From: Cyanophora paradoxa CCMP329
Lineage: Eukaryota > Plantae > Glaucophyta
NCBI GenBank assembly: GCA_004431415.1
Contig: QPMI01000323.1
Location: 1-49,648, forward strand
Length of the DNA: 49,648 nt
Reading direction: 5' to 3'
Below are positions 36,011-46,260 of the stretch, piece after piece; within the stretch, counting starts at the first letter, position 1; the number at the start of each line of letters is the position of its first letter. The position numbers and the translations under genes are program-made. The notes under the pieces are model-generated. The model did not search any database and was not told where the DNA came from. It worked only from the letters and a program-made list of their open reading frames with translations.

Positions 36011-36252
36011 GCTCGACCGGACGGAAGATCGATCAATATCATCGGATCAGTAGCCGACGTGCTTCGAAGTTCGCGCCGCTCAGCGGCTTCAACTTGAGTC
36101 AACTCTCACTGAGTCAGCGCCGGAGCGCTAGCGCGGCTCAGCGCGGCTGATCTAGATCTCTGCCAGCGCTTGCAATTGCAAGTGGGATTCCGGGACGCAC
36201 ACACGTCGCACAGTCGACGCCCAGACCTGCGGGTTCTGATAGCGCATCCGTT

Positions 36253-39012
36253 ATGCAGCTGCAGCGCGGCCATCGGAAACGAGCTGCGGCGGACGCGGCG
36301 ATAGGCATTTGTCCGTATACGTACATAAAAGAGGAGCTCAGTGATATCGACAGCGATGCGGATTCAAGTCCGGCCAGCCGCTCGCTTTCCCCTTGGCGGG
36401 GCCGAGGATTGGATGGCGTGCGGATGTCGATGGCGGACGGCTTAAGCTTTGATCATGACTCTACCTTCGTGCTCCTCCACAGAGACGTACGTCCAGATTT
36501 GTCTGTATGGACGTCGAACGCCCGAATTTCTGACTGGTTCTGCTCAGGGAACCTCGTACGGAGCCCGTGCGCATGCATCCCTCACACGCCACAGCATATA
36601 CATATTTACGTGTTATACGTTATAATCAGACAGAGACTCTTACAATCACGTCTTTGAACCGCTTAGAAATTAATGCGGCCGAATGAAAGACGGCTTCATT
36701 ATACTCTTTCAAACTTTCATTGTTTACGGCGCGCATTCGAAATTCAACTGACTTCGTCATGTTCTCAGAGTTCGTCGAAATGCCATACTCTCTTGTCTCT
36801 CCGGATGGCGCGGACTCCGATGTGGGGGCTCGGGAGCCTCACACACAGGCGCTGGACCGGACCACCCGCTATGAGCTCCTCACCACCCGGTTCGAAATCG
36901 ATTGGGATTCCACGGCCCCGCTCACTTGCACATGAGCCTTCCTGACGCTCTAATCTCGAAGGCAATACAAGCTGCGCTTGAGGGATCAAAGCGCCATTGG
37001 CGCGTGGGTCGGGCTCCGGTTACGCATCTCGCTAGCATACCAAGGTGCGTTGATTGGCCAAGTTGAATCTCGATGTCTATCCAAATAAATTGCTCCCAAC
37101 CACGCGCAGACGATGGAAGCCCGGTCACGCATGCTGTTCGTCCGGACAAGCCGGTCTGTCCGCCATGCCCACGGGTGTAGATTCGTGATGTCTCTGAGCT
37201 TCCGATCAGGCGAAATACGGGAGGAAGAAGCGCCTCCAGCAGGCCGCAAAGCGTGCGCAGTTTTGCCCACGTCGCGCTGCTCTCCGCTTTGAGCGTGACA
37301 GGCGTTGCGCAGGCGCCGTGGAGAGCGGCGGGAGATCGCAGACTGGCTCGATCGCGAACGACGGGTGCACACCAGCGCCTGCGGATCTGGCCATGGAGCT
37401 CGAGCTCGAGGGGACCGTCGACGACGAGGAGGCGAGCTCGAGCCGGCAGGACGAGGACGGCGGCCCGCTCCTCGAGTTCGAGGTCGGTGCAGGCGGCTCG
37501 AATCATGCGCTGCGGAACGCCCGCCAAGCCCGCCAGGCGAGCGAGCGCGCTACTCAATCCGCCCTTCGGCCTGTCGCGTCGGGCAGCTGACCTTCAAACC
37601 AGGTCTTTGTGACAATGGGGGAGACGGGCGAAATCAGGGAAACGTTCGGAGTTATTGCTAGCACGGTCGGCAGTCTACTCGATCTTTTTCGGACCGAATT
37701 GCTTTGAATTTCGCGTGTGTCGCTGAGTAAATCAATGTCGCATGCGCAGTTTCGGCACGATAAGAGACCTTTCGAGTTGCGCGTTGATGTTGTCGACGGT
37801 GATGGACTGGGCGTCGAAGTCGCGCCCGAGATTCGCGGGATGATCGAGATTGTGACGCGGGCCCACAAACACGCCGGCGGGGCCGCCGCCGCCGCGGTTG
37901 TTCCCATCAAGTCGGAGAGTGCGCCGAAACCCCTGCCATACCAGCTGAGCATGCGCTGATCGTTCAACTTGCAATTACACGTACCAGGTTCTCGCGCGCG
38001 TGGCTGCAAGCGGGCAAAGCGGCATCACGGCAAGCCGACGGCTGCGTCGACGTCGAGCTCCGACCGCGAATCCACGTGCGCAGTCAAGGTCGCGAAGGCT
38101 GCGGTCAAGCGCGAGGCGCCGGACACGCCCTCGCCCGCGTGCACGCTTGGAGACGATCGCGAGGCGCCATGCGCGTCGCCGGCGGCCGTTTCTGGTCGCG
38201 CTGTAGTGACCGCCGTCGCCGTAGCGAAACCGAAGGCGCCCGGCTGCACCAACATCGTCCGCGTCTGCGCCAAGCCCAAGGCCACCGCTGACAGCGCCGA
38301 GAAGCCTCAAGTGACCCGGGCGGCCCGTGAAAGTTCGGAATCGCCCCCCAAATCAATTAAACGGCAATGGCTGACGACGGCGGCGCGCGCCCCCGCAGTG
38401 ACTGTGCCTGCGACTCCCGTGTTCCCCTGGACATGCATATGGGGAGGCGACACTGTGCCCGGGTCGATGCCGGGGGCGCATGCGCACGCAAAGGCGGCGA
38501 GCGCGTCGGCGTCGGCGTCAGAGACGGGGAGCCGGCCGGGGAGCCCCCTCTCGCCGGGCGCCTGCTCGGTCGCCTCGGGGGCGGGGGCCGACGCGGAGGC
38601 GGCCTCGAGCTCGATGGCGACGCGGGCGGGGACGGGGTGCGGGGGGGCGAGCCCGTGCGCGTGGGCGGGGACGGAGGCGGGCGAGGCGCTCGACGAGAAG
38701 GCCCTCGCCGCCGCCCTCGCCCTCCTCACCGCCGACCCCGTCTTCGCCTCCCTCGCCCCCCTCGCCCTCGACGCCCCCCACGGCCACCCCGCCCTCGCCC
38801 CCTCCCTCCCCATCCCCGTCCCCATCCCCGTCCCCATCCCCGTGCCCCTCGCCCCGGCGGCCCTGGCCCCGCCCTACCGCGGCCTCTGCTGCTCCCCGAG
38901 CGTCGAGTACGCCGTCGGCGACTTCCTCGCGCCCCTCTTCGCCCCCCCGGCCACCGGCCCCCGCCGCCCCTCCTTCTCCCGCCTTTCGCCCCTTCTCCCT
39001 CTCCAGACCTAG
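36253..39012 (+). CDS. Putative transcription factor with a beta-sandwich (p53/RHD/CBP60/CudA-like) DNA-binding domain and low-complexity tail
   Basis: Phase-consistent splicing gives ...RQYKLRLRDQSAIGAWVGLRLRISLAYQDDGSPV...VFVTMGETGEIRETFGVIASTFRHDKRPFELRVDVVD..APEIRGMIEIVTRAHK. Basic NLS-like segments GRKKR and KRAKR. Last exon 37988-39012. Gene well supported; fold assignment is inference. Confidence 0.55.
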
Positions 39013-40010
39013 AGTCCGGCAGCACCGATCGCCTCCGCGCTCCACCCGTGGCCCTGAGCTCCACTAGTACTCGCACTTGCCCAGTTTCACTACTTGCTTC
39101 AATTTCGCTAGGAATATTAATCTAGTAGTGTAGTCTGTGAGGGATGTTTTTCGTTTAGCTTGATGTAGTACCAATGTGTCGTTTCTTCGTCTTAAGTTAT
39201 GATATTACAACGATAGTGCGATCTACGATTTTCAGGCTCTTTCGAAACTTCTCGCCCAGGGAGTCCTTGACGACGAGTTGCACGTATACGTAGCCAAATC
39301 TTTTTCTAAAACCCCCGGACGTCGACGGCTTTGCAGTGAGATCTTTCTCTTAAAATTAGTAATTCGAGATGATTTATTTTCATGACCATGACCAAACGGT
39401 GCCACGGTGTATTTGTGATGTATTGCCAGATCGCTAGCGCCTAGTCATTCTTTTTTACCTACAAGTGCACGTGACTGCGGTGGGGAGAATCCCCCGTGAT
39501 TATTCGCTCATCCGAGCACATGTACAAATTAACAGAACTTACAAAATACAATTACCGTAGTACACGTCACGGCGCACATGTACACGATATATGCTGCATA
39601 TATAATTATTCATCATAAATATAGCGCTGGACATCATGGCCCATATCATAGTATGCGCATTCCGAACTTCTCGAATTCTCGAATTCGAACTGGGCCGGCG
39701 CGGCGCCACTGCCATGTGCACTGGGCCACATGCATGCGCGTGCACGAACTCTAGATCTCCTCAGCCTCAGCGAGCCGCAGGCCCGCAGCTCATTATTAGA
39801 GTGCCGGCCGCAGTGCAGCTCATGATCAGCCTCAGTGGCGGCTCGCGGCGACTGGCCCCGCCGGCCGGCGACCCCTCCCCGCAGTCAGGCTATCGCGGTT
39901 CACGCCTCCCTTGGACGCGACAGGGCCCAGAGCGGCATAAGAACGGGGATCTAGTTTTCGAGCAGACGTCTACTAATACAACTAATGCGCATCGTCAGCG
40001 GCGCGCTGCC

Positions 40011-43000
40011 TCAGTTCTCGAGCTCCGAGTCCTCCTCGGTGGCCACGTCGTCCTTGACCTCCTGCGAGGGGGGTGAGGGCGGCCGGGGGCGCGCGCGGGG
40101 GACGTGGGGGGCGGCGGGATGCGGACCTGCCCGATGGTGGGGGCCATCGCCGCCGGGTCGTCGTCCACGAGGACGGAGCCGGCCGCCAGCGCCCGCGCCT
40201 GCCGCCGCAAGCAGGGGTCAGCGGGCGCGGGGCAGGCGGGGTCGAGGGGAGGGGGGGGGTCCGCGGGCGCACGGCCTTCTCGTTCTCGAGCTGGACGATC
40301 TTGCGGGCGCGCGCGGCGTCCACCCGCACGTGCGTCGGCGCGTCCTTGATGAAGTACTGCCCGCCCCGGGGGTGAGGCGCCGCGGGCGGGGGCGGCGGGG
40401 CGGGGGCGGGCGGGCGGGCGGGCCTCGACGGCGGCGCGGAAGACGAAGACGAGGTGCTCGGCGAGGGTGCAGAGGACGAGCTTGACGAAGAAGGGGTGGT
40501 CCACCGCCCGCGCCGCCAGCCACTCGTCCAGCTCCCGCGACGTGAAGCAGATGATCCCCACCTGCGCGCCCCGTCCCGCCGACTCAGGCGCCGCCCACGG
40601 GGCGGCTGGGGCGGGGGCTGGGGCGGGGGCGCGCGTTGATGATGACGGCGATGGTGGAGAGGAACTTGAGGATGTCGAACCAGCGCCCTGCGCCGCCCGC
40701 CCCTCAGCCCCGCCGCCCCGCCGCGCGCTCGAGGTGCGCACCGATGGTGGCCGCCCCGCGGTGGAAGGGCCGCTGCGTGTCCCGCAGCATGTGCAGCACG
40801 TCGAGCTTGAACTGCGCGGGGCGGGCGTCGGCGGGGCGGGGCGGGGCGGGGCGGGGCGGGGGGACCTTGATGAGGTTGTAGGCGAGGAGCATGGCGGGGG
40901 CCACGGGGAAGGCCGCCGCGAAGAGCGTGATCACCCCGAACTGGATCGCTGCGCCCCACGCCCCGCTCGCCCCGCCCCCGCCCCCCGGCGATGCGCCCCG
41001 GGGCGGGGGGCGGCGCGCGGGGGCGGCTAGCCGGCTGGCGTGGGCGCCCTCAAGCCGCGCGCCCGCACGCCGGCCCGCCCCGCCCGGCGGCGCGGGAGGC
41101 GCACAGAGCTCGAGGAAGGATGCGAGGGTGCCCGGGTGGCGCCGCTGGAAGCTCTCCAGCTCGCACCGCGGCACGCGCCGCGCCGCCGTCTTGCCCCGCA
41201 TCTGCCCCAGCGTCACCAGCGCCAGGATCTGCCGCCGGGGCCGTCAGGGAGCGGGGGGAGGCGGCACGGGGAGGCCCGGCGCCGCGCCCCGGGGGCCCCC
41301 GCGCGCCTTCTGCTTGAAGGGAAGGTTCTCGTCGACGAGGGTGCCCAGCATGAGGCGCAGGTTGAAGAGGACCTGCAGCGCCACCCTGCGCCCCGCCCGC
41401 CCCGCCCCGCCGCCCCACCTCAGCGCCCCCACACCTCCACGCCCCGCCCTCTCTCCCCTCGCCACTGCGCCCCGGGGCGGGGCGGGCGCACGGGGTGACG
41501 AGCTCGTAGATCATATTGCCGGCGACGGAGAAGACGTAGACCGATGCGAGCACGCTGCGCGCGAGGCGGCGTCCGGGCGGGTCAAGCGCGAGCGGCAGCC
41601 GGCCCCTCCGCCCCTCTTCATCGCAGCCGCGGGGGAGCAGCTAGCCCCGGTGGGCGGGGCGGGGAGGGGTGCGGGAGGTTCGATGGGCGGCGAGAGGCGG
41701 GTGCGGGGGCACCGCTGGAGCTCCTGCATGCAGTTGGGGGGCGTCCCGGGCGTCCCGTCGATCGTCGACATGCACTGCTCCTTCCGCCCGAAGAAGACCG
41801 GCTCCGCCTGCCCGCCCCGCCCCCCGGCCGCGTGAGAGCCCGAGGGGGAGGAGAAGGGGGACCGGCCCTCTCTCGCGCGCCTGCTTGACGAAGGCGACGT
41901 AGAAGAAGCAGACGTACGTGTTCACGAACTGAGGGGCGGCCGCATCGTCAGGGCGGGGCGGGGCGACCGGCCAGCTGGCTGGCTAGCGGCCCGCGCCTGG
42001 AAGACGAAGCGCTTCGAGATGAGCGAGTTCTCGTACTCGGACTGCGTCCGGTGGTTCTCTGCAGCCGCCGGCCCCGGCCCGCGCCGCGCGTCAGGGGGAG
42101 GCGGGCCGGCGCCTCCTCCGAGGGATGGGGGGGAGGGGGGAAGGGGGGGGGGGGGGGGGGGGCGGGGCTGGGGCTGGGTGGGGCAGACCGGCGGCGGTGA
42201 GGCGGGCGGAGATGGGGTTGAAGATGGCGTTCGAGGTCTGCGGCGGGGCGGCGGGGCGCCACTGTGAGCAAGGAAGGGGAGAGCACGACGCGCGGCCTCC
42301 CCGGGGGCCCCCTCTGCCTGGCCCCGGGGGCCGTGCGGACCTGGAGGAAGACCCAGTAGACGAAGCCGAGGAGGTACGCCGCGTGGCTCCGCTTCATCAC
42401 CCTGCGGCCCCCGACGCTCGGCCCCGCAGCGAGCCCAGGCGCGGGCGCCCCGCCCCCGGCCGGCTCACCGGCGGGCGGTGACGCGGAGGGCGAGGAGCGA
42501 GAGGCCGATCGCCGCGGCGATCACGAGCTGCGCGCGGCGGCGGCGGCGATCGGCGACCGGCCTCGTCTCGTCGCTGGGCGCCGCGCGGGGGCGGCCAGGG
42601 GCGGCGGGGCGCGCACCCCCGTGACGACGATGAGCCAGGACTTGACGACGTTGCGCATGTCCTTCTCCCCGCACTTCGTCATGATCAGCCGCTGCGCCGC
42701 CGCACGCCGCCGCGTCAGGGGGTCGCGAGGGGGCCCAAGGAGGGGGGGCGCTCCGCTGGGGTCTGCGCTGGGCCCAACCGCCCGTTCCGACTATCGCGGG
42801 GCGGTGCGGGGCCGGCACCTGCGGGAGCCCCATCGCGTCCTCGTCGATGTCGTCGAGGGGTACCCAGTCCCCGTCCTGCCGGCTCGCCTCTCAGGGGAAC
42901 GCCCGGACGGGGGCGCGGGAAGGGGCCGGCCGGAGGCCCGCACTTTCGACCAGAACCCCTTGCGCATCTTGCCCTTGTAGTCCGGCCGCACGCGCTCCTG

Positions 43001-44795
43001 CAGGGAGGGCCCAAGCGTGGGCGGGGACACCAGGCGGGCGAGCAGGCGACCGGCCGGAGCGCGGCCCGGCGGGGGGCGGGCGGGGCGGGGCGCACGCGGT
43101 AGCTGTAGTTGACCTGGTTCCACGCGTACGCGGCGCTCGCCTGCCGCCGCTTCCACATCTCCAGGAAGAAAGTCACTGCCGGCGCCACCCCAGCGTCCGG
43201 CCCGGCGCGACGGAGGGGCGAGGGCGCCCCGCACGCACCGGCGATGGCGAGGAAGAGGCAGTAGAAGGGCGTGCCCGGCCCGTCGTAAGAGTAGGCGCGC
43301 ACCGTGCGCCACCCGCTCTCGCCCCACGGCCGGATGCGCTGCCGGCGAGCGGGGCCCGTCGGCCGCGGGGGGCGGGGCCCTCCCCCGCGCCCCGTAGCCC
43401 CGCACCTGGGGCTCGGCGAGATCGGTGTACTGGAAGTAAGCGGCGACGACTCCGACGATGCCGACGAAGAAGAGGAACGAGTTGTAGAAGCCTGCGCAAC
43501 GGGCTCACCGGAGGCGCGCCGGGGTGCCGCGGCGAGGCGGAGCCGCCCGGGGGTACCGCACCAACAAACTTGAAGTAGAGAGCGAACTGCTCTCCGAAGT
43601 ACTGCGCGGGGCGTCGGGCGGATCGCCGGGGCGGCGGCGGCGGCGGCGGGGCCGGCGGCGGGTGGGGCGGCAGACCTCGCGGATCTCGTCGAAGGGCTGA
43701 GGCGAGAAGAAGGACCAGAGCCAGTGCTTGGTGAGCCACTTCTGCTTTGCGACGTGGTGCAGGGCGAAGTAGGCCTTCACCTGCGGGACGCGACCGTTAG
43801 CGCGCCGCGCCGCCCGCCCGCTCCCGCTCCTGGCGCTGCGGCCCGAGGAATGCGAGCGGGACCAGACCTTCCTCTCGTGCACGAGCTCGTCGATGTCTGC
43901 GCGGATTCATTCAGACGCGGCTGGGCGCGCGGGGTGGCTGCAGCAGCGCACTGCTGATGCCGGCGCCGCCGTCGTGCTTGGGCGTCTCGATGGTCCACTG
44001 GACGATGCGCAGGCGCTCGCCTATATTGAAGAAGTGGCTCCCGTCGCCAGCAAACCGATGCTTCGTTGCCCGCGTGAACGTGTCGTAACCTCCGCCGAAG
44101 GTCGGCTGCGACCGCAGTCATGGCAAGGCGAGGCGGGCGGCGGGCGGCGGGGCGGGCCTTCATCTTCATGCCGAGTGCCATCTTCTCGGCCTTCTCCTCC
44201 AGCACAGCCTGGTCGGCGCTGACCTTAATAAAGATGTGCTTCTCCGTGACCACCTTCTTGGTTAGCAGGCCGCTTTCCCTGCGCAGCAGTCGGCGACCGC
44301 GGCGCCGGGAAAAGCGCCGCTACGTGCGCACTTGATGGCCCGGATGATGCCGCGTCGCACGTTGTTCATGTCCTGCGCCTCCTGGGACCAGAGCACGGAG
44401 CGGTTCGGCTTCTTGAACATCAGCACGACGTCCCAGATGATCGCTGGGTCGTAGTCCTGTCGGAACTCGAAGTTCGCCTGCTTCGTCTGCAGCTCGCCGA
44501 CGATGTCCCTGCCCTTCATCGCGCGGGCGCCCTTCTCCTGTTCGAGCTTGTTGAGTTGAATCGCGGCGGCCTTCCCTTGCCGAACGAGCTCCTCGAGACG
44601 CAGCGTTTCACGCTTGATATCTTCCTTTGAGAGGTTCGGAGCCGCCCCGTAGAACTGTTGTTGGCCGGGCGGTCGCAACGGTGGCTGGTCGTAGGCCGGC
44701 TGCTGCGTGTACTGCACTGCGGGCTGCCCATACGGCTGCATCGGCGGCGGTGGCCGGCCCGGCGGCGGCGGTGGAGGCGCGCGCCCGCCGTACAT
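40011..44795 (-). CDS. Anoctamin / TMEM16 family channel or scramblase
   Basis: Motifs IREYFGEQFALYF, FLEMWKRRQA, ENHRTQSEYENSLISKRFVFQFVNTY, NCMQEL, AIQFGVITLFAAAFPVAP and RPFHRGAATIG.W. Likely start MYGGRAPPP at 44795; stop 40013-40011. Confidence 0.92.
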
Positions 44796-44837
44796 TGCTG
44801 TACCCAGGTGGCTGGGGGTACACGTTGCGATGTACGG
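44788..44837. promoter_or_regulatory. Imperfect palindrome spanning two divergent start codons (candidate bidirectional promoter)
   Basis: Left arm CCGTACATTGC-TGTACCC-AG versus reverse complement of right arm CCGTACATCGCAACGTGTACCCCCAG. Confidence 0.55.
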
Positions 44838-46172
44838 GCTGTACCTCTTCCTCATTGCCGCGCTCCTGTTCGTGCTTAGACGGGTCGTGTCCAGGCCACC
44901 CGCGCGCGTGTGTACGTGCGCAGGACCGAAGAACGTAGTCATAACGGGCGCATCGAAAGGCCTCGGCCTTGCCCTCGCAGTCGAGTTTGCGTCCCTTGGA
45001 GACCGCGTCGTCCTCGCTGCTCGTTCCCCGTCGCCGCCGCCGGCTGTCGAGGCGCTGGCAAAAGAGTTACCGTCCCGCGGCCCGCCCCAGTTTTACGTAT
45101 TTTATGTATGCCAACGCTGCGCAGATCAACAACGCTGCGCAGACGCACGCGGAACGCGTACCGCTGCACAAGTGCGAGCCTCGTGTGCTTAGCAACGTCA
45201 TCGGAACGAACGTTCTTGGCACGCTGTACGGCGCGCGCGCGGCGCTGCGGGCGATGGCGGAGCAGCCGTCGGGCGGGCACGTCTTCAACGTCGTCGGGCG
45301 CGGCTCGCGCGGCGAGGGCACCCCCAACAGCATCGCGCGCGTGCCCCAGGCCTCATACGCATCTCACCCATCTGCCGCCCCGCTGATTCGGACGCGCGCC
45401 GCCGCTCGCAGATACGGCGCGTCGAAGGCATGCATACCCTCGGTGATTCCCGCGCCCGCCTGCCTGCGGCCGCGCTCCGAGGCCTTTCCGAGTCACTCAT
45501 CATCGGTTGCCCTCGCGCCCACCGCGCCAGATCACGAAGACGCTGCGGCAGGAGCTGCGGGGCACCCCCCGCATCGGCGTCCACAACGTCTCGCCCGGCA
45601 TGGTGCGCGGGGCGACTCGATGCGGCCCCTGCGTCTCCCCCTCAGCATCCGTTTCCGCGCTCACGAAGCGATCGCCGTGCAGGTGATGACGGAGCTGCTG
45701 GCGGCCAGCGCCCTCAGCGCCGGCACCAAAGCCGTGCCCGCGCCTCACGCCCCGCCCGCCCCCCTCCCCTTCATCCCCCTCACATCTTCAACCGGCTCGC
45801 CGAGCGCGCCCACGTCGTCGCCGCGTGCCTCGCGCCCCGCATCCGCCTCCAGGTTCTAGCGGCCCTCCCCTGCCCCTCCGTTCCAGGGCCCTCCTGCCGC
45901 CTGCCCCCCTCTGCTCACAGGAGCGCACCGCCAGGCCGGCGCCTCGGGGGACCTCGCGTACCTCACCCCCCTCGAGGTCCTCTCGAGGTGCTTTCTCTCG
46001 CCAAGGCGCCCGCCCTTTGGGTACCTTCCAGACGCCCCTGATCCCCGCCAGGTTCGCGACGTTCTGGCTGCGGAGGGGCCGCTTCTACGACGCCGCCGGC
46101 GAGCCCGTGCCCGAAGCGTGGGGCCCTGCCGGCGTCTCCGCTGCAGCTGCGGCGGCAAAGAAGGCGTCTTGA
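44830..46172 (+). CDS. NYC1/NOL-like short-chain dehydrogenase (chlorophyll b reductase family), possibly with an internal deletion
   Basis: GPKNVVITGASKGLG..EF...GDRV, INNA, TNVLG, GGHVFN..G.GS.G..TP, catalytic YGASK, HNVSPGMVMTELL, and NYC1-type tail YLTP...WLRRGRFYD..G. N-terminal hydrophobic stretch. Confidence 0.8.
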
Positions 46173-46260
46173 TTGAAAGAATCGCTGGTCGGACGAGAGC
46201 TCCGGGACACTGCGGGGAATCGGCGGGATCTACAAGAGGGGCGGGGGGCGATGTCTGCGG

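Noticed and set aside
30850-36200. CRISPR array, prokaryotic or viral insert, or telomeric repeat in the AT-richer island
   Set aside because: No regular repeat-spacer units, no dense intronless ORFs, and no tandem TTAGGG-like arrays; the TAGGG/CCCTA hits are transposon TIRs.
44796-44942. Upstream in-frame ATGs for anoctamin (ORF 44262..44942)
   Set aside because: They would overlap the conserved SDR coding start on the opposite strand; 44795 is preferred but unproven.
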